64,000 bases of DNA from Proteromonas lacertae (lineage: Eukaryota): assembly GCA_002245135.1 (NCBI GenBank), contig NGBS01000612.1, forward strand, positions 1 through 64,000. The letters are read 5' to 3'. The notes under the pieces are model-generated. The model was given only the letters and a program-made list of their open reading frames with translations, was not told where the DNA came from and searched no databases. Positions 27,901-42,900 of this stretch are shown one piece after another (the first letter of the stretch is position 1; the number at the start of each line of letters is the position of its first letter). Both the position numbers and the translations under genes were made by a program.

Positions 27901-30900
27901 GTTGGCCATTCTTGTGGAGTTAATGGAATTATGAATGGACTATTATCTAATGAAATATGTGGATTTAATGTCTTATAATTCAGATGTCTTGGAATCTTAC
28001 CTTTTTCTACAACCAATATTGCTCTTAATAATCCAGCAATACCAGCAGCTGATTCTAAATGACCAATATTTGTCTTTATTGTACCTAAATAGATCTTGTG
28101 ATTCTTCATATCTTTTTGTTTGAATATTGTCTTTAATGAATTAATTTCTATAGGATCACCTAAAGATGTTCCAGTTCCATGAGCTTCAATATAACCAATA
28201 TCATTAATATCAACATTAGCATTCTCCAATGCAGATCTAATTACTTTCTGTTGAGATGGACCATTTGGAACTGTTAATCCACTACTATGACCGTCATGAT
28301 TAATTGCTGCACCTCTTATGATTGTATGAATTCTATCACCATCTTCAATAGCTTTTGATAATCTCTTTAATATTAAAATACCACATCCTTCACCTCTTAC
28401 ATAACCATTAGCAGAAGCATCAAATGTTTTACATTTTCCATCTGGAGATAACATATGCGCTTTACTTAAACCAATATTAATTTCTGGAGCAATAATGGCA
28501 TTTACACCTCCAACAATTGCTAAATCACATTCTCTAGATCTTAAGCTTTGCATACCTAAATGAGCAGATACTAATGATGATGAACATGCTGTATCAACTG
28601 AGATTGATGGACCATTTGTACCTAAGAAGAATGATAATCTACCTGAAGCTACTGAATGTGCATTTCCTGTACCAAAGTAAGCATCTATTGTATTATAACA
28701 TCCTTTATAACCATATAATCTAGCATAATCTTGAGTACCAATACCAACAAATACACCTGCATTTGTACCTTTTCAATGAGGATGGAACTATACCACTATC
28801 TTCTAATGCTTCCCATGTTACTTCTAATAACAATCTCTGTTGTGGATCCATTGTTTCTGCTTCTCTTGGAGAAATATTAAAGAATGTTGGATCAAATCCT
28901 TCTATATTACTAACAAATCCTCCCCATTTAGAAATCATCTTACCTTCTGCATTTGGATCACTACTATAGAATGAATCAGCATTCCATCTATCACTTGGTA
29001 CTTCAGTTACACAGTCTAAACCTTCTAATAATACTTTCCATAATTCTTCTGGATTATTTGCACCTGGCAATCTACAACCATATCCTACTACAGCTATTGG
29101 TTCTGTCATTGAATCACTGATTATTGTCTCTGTTACTACTTGTGGTTGAACTATTGGATTTACTACTGCTGTTGTTTGTTTAGTTGTTTCTACCGGAGTT
29201 GTTGGCTTGTTAAGATTAGTGTAATTCTCTATAATTGAATCAAAATCAAACACATCTTGTATTAAATAATCAACAATTGCATTAATTGATGGATAATCAA
29301 ATGCTAATGTGGATGTAACAGTCACATTCAATTGATTCTGTATTTTATTTCTTAATTCTATTGACATTAATGAATCAAATCCAATTTCAAATAAACCATC
29401 ATCACAATCTAATTCATCAGCATCTATAATACTTCTAACAATCTTTACTATATAATCTCTTATTAAGGTCTTTCTATTATCTAAACCACTTAATGCTAAT
29501 TGATGTAAGAACTCTGCATCTTCATATGATTTCTTTGTTGCTGCAACACCAATTCCTGAATCTTTTGGGCCTACATTATTCAATAATGGTCGTTTACATC
29601 TTATTTCATATAAAGGTTTGAATTTATTCCAATCTAATTTAACTGCTATCTTTTGGTTAATATTATTTGACATTATTATTTCCATTGTTGATAATATTTC
29701 TTGATTCTTTAATGGATATAAACCAAGTACTCTTGAAGCTTCTACATTTTCATTTGTTGCCATACCACCTGGAGCTAAAATACCCCAATTAATTGTTGAA
29801 CCACATAATCCATTACTATTTCTGTTATGAATGAGTGTATCTAAGAATATATTAGCAGCTGAATAATGTGCTAATTGATTAGAACCCCATACAGCTGAAA
29901 TGGATGAGAATGCTATGAAATATGTTAATGGAATTGATTTTGATAATTCATGTAATATCCATGTTCCTACAATCTTTGGTTTTAATACACTATATAATAC
30001 TTCATCAGACATTGTTTCGATCATATCATTTGTCATTAAACCAGCTGCATGTAATATACCATCTAATGGATATTGAAGATGATCGAATAGATTCTTCATT
30101 GCTGAATAATCATTTGTGTCAACAGCCTGTACATCTACTGTTGCACCCATCTTTTCTAATTCTAATACATATTGCACTCTTTCATAATACTTATTATTCT
30201 TATCTAAACCATTCCATTCACTTCTAAATGGTAAAGCTGTACGACTTGTTAATACTAAATGTTTTGCACCATGTTCTACTAACCATTTTGATACTATTTG
30301 AGCTACACCACCAAATCCACCAGTTATTAAATAACATTTTTCACCATCAAATGATATACCAGTTGGAGCTGCTAATGGTTCACTCATCATTACTCTTTGG
30401 ACATAATATTTAGAGTCTCTTATTGATATACTATCTTCTTGCATATTATTACCATAACTTATTAATGATATTAAATCTGATACATTTGTATTATTATTTT
30501 CTGGATCTATATCTATTAAACCACCCCAAATATCAGATATTTCTAATGAAACAGCTCTTCCAAATCCCCATACTGGTGATTGTGTTAAGTTTATATTATG
30601 AGTTGGACCTACTGAACCACAGGTAATAAACCATATCTTTGGATGATGGTTGTCTGGTAATTTTGATATTGTCATTACTAAATGCTTCATATGACCTGTT
30701 ACATTACTTAATGATTGTTTTATTACTTCATAATCATCTTTATATTCACTATTTAATGACCAGAAATCTACTACACAATCTACTGTGTTTATTTCACTTA
30801 ATATACTCTTGAATAATTTATTGGATTCTTCTTCATTGGTTATTGATTGAATTGAATAAATTTGTGATTGTGGAATTGATGTGGATGATATATTTGTATT

Positions 30901-33900
30901 TGTTACTATTATCACTTTTCCACCTAATTGTACAATACTTTCAGCATACTTCACACCAATATTCTTATTATCATTTAGTATTAAATAAGATTGATACTTC
31001 AATTGATTGTTATTAACTACAGATGGTTTATAATCAATCCATTTTAAATCATAATAAATACCTTCATCTTCAGATACATTAGATTGTTGTGTTTGTACTA
31101 AACCAGCTAATCTCTTTGGTATATATCCATCATATTCAATATTACATTGTTCTAACCAATATTTCTTTTCATCAAATACATAACTTGGTAATATTACTTT
31201 CATATAATTCTGTTGATCGTATATTTGCTTCCAATCAATTGTTACTCCACATTCATATAATGCTTTGAATGAATTGTTGATACTGTGATTATCTTTAGAT
31301 GTTTTATCTAATGTTGTAATCCATTGAGTTGATTTACTATTATTACATCTCTTTGCCATACCTGTTAATAGTCCTTCAGGACTTACTTCCAATACTAATG
31401 TTTGTGGTAATTTCAATAATGTTTCTATTTGTTTTTCGAAATGTACCGGTTTATAACAATGTTCTACCCAATAATCTGCTTTACTCATTTCATCACCACT
31501 GACTAATTCACCTGTTGTATTACTTATTATCTTTATTGATGGTTTATTATATTTTACACTTGTTGCTATATTTCTGTAATCCTCTAAGATTGGATTCATC
31601 ATAGAGCTGTAATATGCTAAATCAACATATTCTAAACCTCTATAATTGACATTATCTTTCTTCAATTCATTCTCAAGTTTTTCAATCTCACTTATTAAAC
31701 CACTTACTACATTCAGTTTTGGACCATTATAACATCCTATCTCTATACCATTATATTTATTTATATATTCTAACACTTTTTCACTTTCTAAAAATACAGC
31801 TAGCATTCCTCCTTTTCCATGTTCTAAACTACTCATCAATTTACCTCGAACACTTATCAACTTCAATCCATCTTCTAAACTCATTATTCCACTTACTACT
31901 CCAGCTACATATTCACCAATGCTAAAACCAACAAGATAAGTTGGTTCAATACCATAACTCTCCCACATTTTGTATAAACTATATTCCATACTGAATAAAC
32001 AGGGTTGAGTGTATTTTGTATCATTCACTAATTCTTTATTTTCTTCATTATATAATACTTCTAATAGATTTGGAGATAAATATGAGGATAATATTCTATT
32101 ACATTCATCCATATTTTCTTTGAATATTGGTTGAGATTCATATAATTCTTTACCCATATTGAAATATTGAGAACCATATCCAGCAAACATCATTGTTATG
32201 GATGTTGATTCACTATGTAAATATCTTCTTCCAGAATATTCTGATTGTAATGTTTGAATTGCTTCACTCTTTGATGAACATGGAATTGCTACACGGAATT
32301 TAGGGAAGTGTTGTCTACCAATACAACTTGTGTAACAAATATCTTCTATTGAATCCTTAGTTGTTTGTAAGTAATCTATGTATTTCTTTATTAAATTCTT
32401 ATAACTGTATTCTGTTCTTGCTGATATTATGAGAATATTTTCTGAGTTTCTGTGAAGATTGGCTATTGATTTTTGCGATTCATAATTTTCAACTACCATA
32501 TGAACATTACTTCCTCCAAAACCAAAGGAACTTACACCAGCTATTAAATGACCACTTTCATCTTCCCATTTCATCTTTTCTAATGGAATCACAGCAGGGA
32601 TTGTATCTATATTTATCATTGGATTTAGTTTATGGAAATGACATTGAGGAGGTATTGTTTTATTCTTCATCATCATTATTACTTTAGTTAAACCACTTAT
32701 ACCAGCACTTCCTTCTAAATGACCTATACTGGCTTTTACTGAACCTAATACTAATGGATGATCTTTACTTCGACCATTTCCTAATACACTTCCAGCTGCT
32801 TGAACTTCGATTGGATCTCCTAAGGATGTACCTGTTCCATGAGCTTCTAAATAACTTACTTCACTTGGTTTTACATTTCCCATCTTTAAGGCATCACGAA
32901 TTACCATTTGTTGAGATGGACCATTTGGAGCTGTAAGTGTATTACTTCTACCATCATGGTTTGTTGCACTTCCACGAATTATTGCTTGAATATTATCTCC
33001 ATCTTTAATAGCATCACTTAATCTCTTTAATACTACTACTGAACTACCTTCACCTCGACAGAATCCATCAGCTGCTTCATCGAATGTTGCACATCTTCCA
33101 TTTGGACTTAACATCTTTGCTTTACTGAAATTAATGTATAAATCAGGTGCAATTAACAAATGAGCACCTCCAGCAACAGCAGCTGTACATTCTCCATTTC
33201 TAATGGCTTGACAAGCTAAATGAACAGCAAGCAAAGCAGATGAGCAAGCAGTATCAACAGTAAATGCTGGACCTTTAAAGCCAAGAGTATAAGATATTCT
33301 ACCAGCTGCAACTGCATCTGAATTACCAGTTCCATAGAATCCAGTCATATATTCTAAATCACCACCTTTTGTTAATAACAACTGATAATCACCAGCACAA
33401 ATACCTAAGAATGTTCCAATCTTTGCACCTAACCAACTATCTGGTGGAATACCTGCTGTTTCTAAAGCTTCCCAAGTTACTTCTAATAACATTCTCTGTT
33501 GAGGATCCATAAATTCTGCTTCACGTTTTGATATACCAAAGAATTGAGCATCAAATAATGAAGGATCTACTGTTAAGAAACCACCTCTATCAGTTACTGC
33601 TTTTCCTGGAGCATCTTTATTACTTGGATCATAGAAGTAACTATGATCCCATCTTGACTGAGGTACTGTTGTTACACAATCTTTACCATCTTTAATACAA
33701 TCCCAAAATTCATCTGGACTATTACCACCACCAGGCATTCTACAACTCATACCTACAATTGCTATTGGCTCATTGGAGAAATGAGATTCTTTACCTTCTT
33801 CATCAGATTCTTCACCTTCATTGATTACTAACACTTCACTTAATAAATAACCTGCTAAATTCTCAATTGTTGGATAGTCAAATAATAAAGTACCTGATAA

Positions 33901-36900
33901 TGTTGTTCCAACTGCTTCTGATAACTTATTTCTTACTTCTACAGCTAATACTGAATCTACGCCTACTTCACTTAAAGCTTGTTTTGGAGATATTGAATTA
34001 CCATCACCAATATCTAACACTTCTGAAACTAACTTTTGTATATAACCAATTAAGAAAGCTAATCTCTTATTTTCTGGAACGGATGAGATTTGTTTGAATA
34101 AACCATTATTACTTAATGCACTTGAAGCACCAGCGGATGCTTTTGCTTTCTTTTTACTACTTGATTTAGCAAGAGCTTGGAATAAATGTGGAACATTATT
34201 TGTTGAGAATTGTGATACATATTTTGACCATTCTATTGGAATTACCATACATTGAGGACTATCAATACAAATTGATTCACCAAAGGCTTGCATACCTCTT
34301 TCTGGATCTAATAATGTTACACCTATTGATTTCATTGTGTCAATTAAATTCTTTGTATTAACTGCCATACCAACTGATGACCATGGTCCCCAGTTTATTA
34401 CATTACTACATAGATTATTTGTATGACGATAGTAAGATAAACTATCTAAAAACGCATTACCACAAGCATAATTACTTTGACCCACATTTCCAATCACCGA
34501 TGTTGCACTACTGAATAATACAAACATGTTCAATTTATTATGATTTAAACTTTCTTTATGTAAATTCCAACTTCCTATTATCTTAGGATTCATTACATTC
34601 TCAAATTCTTCAAATTTCAAATCTTTTATTAATCCATCATTGATTATTCCGGCACAATGAATTATTCCAAATATTTCATGATTAGAACTTAACTCTTTAA
34701 ATACTTTATGAACATCTTCTTCATTTCCTATATCACATTTACCACGAATTATTTCTACTCCTTTTTCTTCCATTTCTTTTACACTACTTTCAATACGATT
34801 ATTACTTCCATGTCTTCCAATTAAACAAATATGTTTTCCACCATTCTTTATTAACCATTTCGCAGTTAATAAACCTAAACCACCATATCCACCTGTTATT
34901 ACATATAATCCTTCTGGTGATACTTTATAAGTTGTCTTTCCCTTCTTTAATCTCGTTATGCTTGATGTATAACGATTATTTCCACGATAGGCAACTTCAT
35001 TTTCATTATTTGGATTTAATATTTCCTCAACTAACAAACTAACAGAGTTATCAGACAAATCAATGTAAGTACAATGTAAAGAAGGTATTTCAAGTGAAAT
35101 TACTTTTGAAAAACCATAGAATGGAGATTGGAATATAGATATTTCTTTATCAGACTCAGTAACTGAATTTACATTCTTTGTAATTATATATAATCTTGGT
35201 AAAGTTGATAATTTTGATATTTTTTGTGTTATGTATAATAAACTTTCTACATTTTGGTATAAGTTATTTTCATTTGTATCAACTGACCATAAGTATATTA
35301 TATTACTAATAGAAGTATTAATATCATCAAATAATTGTTGTATATCATTCATATTGTTTGGTTTTATTGTATATTCATTATCATTATGCTTATTATAATT
35401 ATCACCTCTATTTACTATTATATTATGACAATCGCTTATTTGTTGTAATAATTCTTTAGATATTACTTCATTATTCTTATCATTACTGAATATCAAATTA
35501 TTCAATGATTGTTTTTCAATTGCAGATGATTTATCAATTGGTGTTTCATTCCAATTTACATTATAATACCATGAACTTAAATCTTCCATTAACGATTGAG
35601 CTAATAATTCTTTACCAGCTCTCTTCACTCTGAATTCAATAGCTTCTGCAATTATTTCACCATTTTCATCCATTAATGTCATATTTGCACCAATTGTTTC
35701 GTCTCCTAATTTACTACCTTGATTCAATACAGTATGAACATATATTTCTTTAGCAGTAGTGGATGATTTATGTAAATTAAATTGTTTTATACTCATTGGT
35801 ACATATGTTGTAAAACCTTCAGGTGAAACATCCCATGCAATTATTGACATAATAATTTGAATACAACAATCGAAATAGATTGGATATAATTGGAATCCTT
35901 TACTCAGTTCAGGTGATACAATTGACAATCTACAAACACCTTCAACGTCATTTCTATGTATAGTTTCAATTAATTGGAAGTTTGTTCTCAAATCATATTC
36001 TCTTTCATACATAAACTTATAGAAATCTTCTCTTGTTATTGTTATTGGACATCTCTTTTCTATGCTTTGAGGTAATTCATGTTGTTTATTTGTATTATCA
36101 TTATATGGTGTTAATTCACCCATAGCATTAGCTAACCAACTATTTTTATCAGTTTCATCACCTGATTTATAACTATATAATACCCAATTCTTACAATCTG
36201 GTTTATTATTATTATCTGTTAATACTAATTGCATTCCTTTTGAATCTTCTTCATCTTTTAATAACACAGCTGCAGGAATTGCAATATTTTCTAATGTTTG
36301 TGATTTATTACCATTTGTATATACTGCTGCTTCTAATATAAATGCTAAATCAAATACAGCTGGGACAATTGTAAATCCATTAATGACATGATCTGCTAAT
36401 ACTGGCATTGTTGAACATGAGAATTGTGAAACGAATAAAATGTCTTTTGTAAATGGAGATTTGATTAGTTGACCTAAAATAGGTGAAATTTGACTGGTTA
36501 TTGCTAAAGATAATGCATTTTCTTGTTCTTCTGATAATGATTTTGCATCAATCCAGAATGGTTGATTTGTGAAACAATATGTTGGAATTGATATATATGA
36601 GAATTGATAATTCTTATCTAATTCCTTAAAATTAACATCACAACCATTAATAAATAATTTTGATAATGAATTATATATTGTTTCTTCACTCATCATATTT
36701 AATTCCATTGAATTAATCTTTTCTGATTTTGGTAATTTAGATGTAATATCATTGACTGTTATATAATCTACAATATCTTCAGGAATTGATTTCCAACATG
36801 TTATTTCATTTGATATATTACTACTACCTATTGCATTCAAATGAGTGTGAATTTCATCTGCATTATTTATTATATTATTTACTGATTCTAATATTATTGG

Positions 36901-39900
36901 CATATTTGGATTATTCAATGTATTATCAATAGTATGTTCACTTAATAATTTCAAACCATCAGCTAATGTGATTGAATTAGATAATACTAATACTACTATT
37001 TCAGCTACACCAACAGCACAATAACAGTTACATAATACATTCAATTTGTTCAATAATTGTGCTGTTATATATATCATAAAGTATTGACAAACTTCAATAT
37101 TTTGTTTTGATGATATTAATTCATTCAATGATTGTTTATAATTAGAAATACAAAGTGAATTACATTCATTTACTATCTCATCTAAACAAGTTAGTGACAA
37201 TATATAAACTGAAGAATCAAGATTTACATCTGTTAAAACTATTACTGATTGATTAACTTCTTCAATCATCTTATATACTTCATTATTATTATTATTATTG
37301 GCTGATACTGATTTCAATTGTTCAATTGTATTTTCAAGGTTATTACAATCAGCTGTAATTGATAAACGATATGGATAATTCATTAATACAATATTCATTT
37401 CATGGGATATATCAGATATTCTATCACTATTGTTTTTTATAAATACACTCAATTTATTAGCATAATCAATTAAACTCTTTTCAGTCTTTGCTACAAATGA
37501 TATATTTGTGTATTTTCTATTATTATTACTTTTTAATTCTTGTTGAACTGGACTTTCTTCTATTATCAAATGAGCATTTGTACCTGTAAAACCAAATGAA
37601 CTAATACCAGCAATCTTTGTTGAATAACCTTCTGGCCAATCAATTGTATTGGTTGGAATTGTATAACTTAAAGATCCCATATCAATTGCTGGATTAAGAC
37701 TATGGAAATGTAAATTACCTGGTATTTTATTATGTTGTAATGCTAAGATAATCTTTATTACACCTGCAATACCAGCTGCACCTTCTAAATGCCCAATGTT
37801 CGTTTTTACTGAACCTAATACTAATTCTTGATTTGAACTACGGTTGGATGATAATACTGTTGCTAATGAGTTTGCTTCTATTGGATCTCCTAAAGATGTG
37901 CCTGTTCCATGAGCTTCGATATAACTTATATCACTAGCTTTTACATTTGCATCTCTTAAAGCACTTCGAATTACTTTCTGTTGGGATGGACCATTTGGAG
38001 CTGTTAAACCACTACTTCGACCATCTTGATTTACCGCACTTCCACGAATTATTCCCAATATATTATCATTATCTTTCATTGCATCACTTAATCTCTTTAA
38101 TACAATTATACCACATCCTTCACCTCTTACATAACCATTAGCAGAAGCATCAAATGTTTTACATTTACCATCTGGAGCTAACATTCCTGCCTTTGAGAAA
38201 TTAATGAATAAATCAGGTTCTAATAACAATGACACACCACCTGATACTACCATATTACACTCATGTCTTCTTAACGATTGTACACCTAAATGAATTGCTA
38301 CTAATGAAGATGAACATGCTGTATCTAATGGCATTGATGGACCAGTGTAATTGAATATGTATGATAATCTTCCACTTGCTGCACTTGTACTACTACCAGT
38401 TCCAAAGAATGAGTCAATCTTAACATATGGTAAACGTGCTTTTAATAAGTTATAATCATTGGTTGTAATACCAATAAATACACCTGTATTTGTTGCTTCA
38501 CCTGGTTGTGGTGGATAATGAGCTCTTTCTAATGCTTCATAAGCTACTTCTAATAATAATCTTTGTTGAGGATCCATTGATAACACTTCACGTGGAGATA
38601 TACCGAAGAATAATGGATCAAATGATTTTACATCATCAATTAAACCTGCATATTTAGTTGCCATTTTACCTGGTACTGTTTTATCTGGATCATAATAATT
38701 TCCAATATTGAATCTTGACTTTGGTATTTCACATACACAATCTTTACTGTTTATTAAATTCTCCCAATATTGTTCTGGAGTATTTGCACCACCTGGGAAT
38801 CTACAACTCATTCCAATAATAGCGATTGGTTCATGTTCATTACCTGAAGAACTTTGTATTTGTTCTTCTTCCTGTGTATTATCTGTATTACTGGATGAAT
38901 ATTGACTAAAATCAATTGAATCTAATAAATAATCAGTTAATAACTTCACATTTGGATAATCATAAGCTATTGTTACAGATAATTGTTTGTCTAAAGCTTG
39001 ACCTAAAAGATTTCTTAATTCTCTGGACATTAATGAATCCATTCCCATATCTACTAATGGTTGATTTACATCTAATGGATGACTACTATCTAACATTAAC
39101 ACTTTAATTACTACTGATTTTACAAAGTTAGACATAACTGTTTTTCTATTATTTTGAGGAGTGTTTAGTAATTGTTGGATTAATTCTGGAATAACTTGCG
39201 ATTCTCCTGAAGATGTTGTATGTTTGGATGATTTACTAGTTATTGTATGAGCTGGTATTAACGATTTGAATAATGTTGAAATGTGTTGACTTTGAAGATT
39301 GATTGATTTGAGATATTTATTCCAACTAATATGTAATACAACTTCATTTGGTATGTATGTCACTAATGATACATCAATTAATTTAATTATTTCTTTAACA
39401 GTGAGTGGAGATACACCAATTGGTACTTTATTCAAATCTTCATTTAAATTTGTTAAGTTGATTGAGAATGATGGAAAACCAATTTGCATTCTGTAATTAC
39501 ACAAATTATCAGCAAAGGAACTAATAGATAATTGTGAGTATTCTCCATTTTTATTCAAATAGGATGTTACTGAATCATTTATTACTACGAAATAATCAAG
39601 AATTGGTTCTGAATAAACTGAATGTAATTTGTACAATGTTTCAATTGTATTACTTTCATTCACATATTCTTCATATTGATATGATTCAATTGAATGATTC
39701 TGTTGTTGATTTGAGTTTATATAGAATAAGCCTCTTACATGTTGTTGTTTTGACAATATTGTTGTTAATTCATTACTATCTTTAATATTACATTGCTCTA
39801 CAGTTATTGTATTTCCTAAATTTCTATATTTATCTAATTTAGCATTTAATTCATTATTATCACTATTTTCTGTTAATAATAGTATTTGATTTGCTCCATG

Positions 39901-42900
39901 TTTGATTAAATACTTTGCTACTGAATAACTTGTCTTATTATATTCACCAATTACTATATAAGTACAATTCTGAGGTAAATGAACTCCTACTGATTTCTTT
40001 TGACTAATAACTACTTTGCCAATATGTTTAGCATGTGACATAAATTTAAATCCATCAATTGCTTGATCAAATGGGAAATCATAATGTCTAAGTGGAATTA
40101 ACTTTTGTTGATTGAATGAATCTACTAAACTATTTAACATATTCTTTATTAATGGTCTATCAGTCTCCCACATATGAACTAAATCAAAATGATAATATTC
40201 TACATCAGGACGTTTTTCATTCATTGTTTCTTTAGACCATATATTTGCTTTTCCAATTTCAACAAATCTTCCATTTTGAGCTAATACTGACACTGTCTTT
40301 TCAATGAAATCTTTACCTGTTAATGAATTCAATACAATTGTAACACCATTATTATTCGTTACTTTTCTTATTTCATCAGCATATTCAGTATTTCGAGAGT
40401 TGAATAAATAATGAGCACCTAATGATTTACAATAATCTCTCTTCTTATCTGTACTTGCTGTGCCAATAATCACTTTACATCCAATCCATGAAGCTATATG
40501 TAATGCAGCAATACCAACACCACCTGATATTGAATGGATTAATATTGTATCATCTTTATTCAGTTTACCTAATGTAATTAATCCATGATAAGCTGTCATA
40601 TAAGTTACTGTTAATGTGGCACATTCTTCAAATGTTAAATGCTTTGGTTTTATTGTTATATATTCTGGATAAGTTAATGAATAACTATTCAATGCGTTTG
40701 GTAATATACCAAATACTTCATCACCTACTTTAAAATCGGTTATATTCTTTCCAACTTTAACTACTATACCAGCACCTTCACCACCTAATGGACCTGGATC
40801 ACCTGGATACATATCTAATACATTCATCACATCTCTAAAGTTCAATCCTGTAGCATATACTCTTACTAATATTTGATCATCTGCTGGGACTGGAGTTGAA
40901 TAATTAATAATCTTTAAGTTATCAATACTTCCTTTTACTGGAATTGCATATTTTACTGAATCTGAATATTCAAATGATTTTGTATTTGTTTCTGCTAATC
41001 TTGTAATATATCTACTACCATTATTGTATGATATTATATCTTCATCTGTTGATGTTATATCATCAATTACTTCTTTATTTATTCCATTAATATTATCTAT
41101 ATCAAGTATGTGAAGATTTGCTTTTTCATTCTCTGAGTTAAAACATGATTGTAAACTTATAACTACATTGTTATAGAACTGTTCAATGTTTGAAGAATTA
41201 TTAATATAACTTGTTTGACTTGTTATTATTGAGATTCTTGAATATTTAACCTTCAATGTAATTAAGTTCTGTAATAATAACCAAATTGGTTTGACTGTTG
41301 TATTGTATGATTCTAATGAAAATTGATCTACTTTAATTGATGGATAGAAGTTTAATATTTGATCAATTTGCTTATCTTTCAATTCTGAATGATTTAATAG
41401 TTGATTATAACTATCTTTGTTTTGAATATCAACTGTGAATGACTTATCATTATTATAATCAAATCCATGTCCATTTAGAACATAATAACAATTACAATCT
41501 TTTGGAATTACATCTTGTAATAATGTTTGAATTTCTTTTGTACAGAATACTAACCATAATTTATCTTTACTTGTATTACTCTTTGCATTAGTAATTGGTT
41601 TTGTTATATGTTGGTAATGATATAACCATTTTGATGGTTGTTCTACTAATGATTCTAATAATGCTTTTTCACCTGCTTTCTTTAATTGTAAATTCTTGAT
41701 TGACATTACTAATTGTCCATCTTCAGAAAATAAATATACATTTGACTTTAATACTTGATCATTTTGAGATACACCACTCTCCATTGAATGACACCATAAT
41801 GTTTGATTTGGTTGTGGTTTTCTGAAATAATATAATTCGCCAATTTGAATTGGTATATATGTAGAACCTCCAATATTATCAAAGAATGTTGTTGCTATTA
41901 ATTGGAAACATGAATCTATCAAACCAGGGAATAATTCATAACCATCTTTCTCTAAATCTGATGATGGGAATCTCATTTGACATAGCGCTTCATGATTACC
42001 TCTATAAATATCACCAATCCATCTAAATGCATGACCTAAATGGTATTGTCTATCCCACATCATTTTATAGAATTCTTTACTGGATGATTTCCCCAAATTA
42101 CATCTATTCATTATTGTTGATAAATAACTTGACGATAATGAAGATCTTATACTACTACTATTACTTTGATGTAATACAAATGAACCATTGCTATTCTGAA
42201 CCCATTTATCTTCTGATTCTGTGATGAAATGACTATAAATGGTGTAATTATTATTAACATCAATAACTGTTTGAACTTCTCTTCCTTCTTCATGATTAGG
42301 TAAAACAATTGGCTCATAAAACACAACATTATTTAATTGGTATAAGTTATTAGGGTTTGCATGACTATGTAAATGACATATTGCTCCTAATATTAATGAT
42401 ACATAAGAAGCACCTGGTACTACACATGTATGATGTAATATATGATCAGCTAAGAATGGTAACATTACACTGTTGTATTGAGCTATAAATATTGTTTCAT
42501 CTAATGGATTTTCTTGTAAATAACCAACTATTGGAGCTATTAACTTCTTACCACTTCCTGTATTATCTAATTTTGGTATATCAGCCCAATATGATCTATT
42601 ATTCCAAGGATATGTTGGTATTTTGGCTTTAGGAACGTTTAGTTCTTGTTTTGTATAGACTGTTTCATATCCACTCAATACTAATTCTGATAAATTACTA
42701 ATGAATGATTTATTATCTGCTACTTTTCTATTTAATGAAGAAATCCATCTTGCTGAATTCTCAGGTAATATATTCTTTGCCATTCCTGTTAATATTGGAT
42801 GTGGACCACATTCTAAATATAATGAAATACCTGTAGATAATAATGTTTCAATTGATTGAGTGAATTGAACTGGATTTCGCAAGTGTTCGACCCAGTAATC

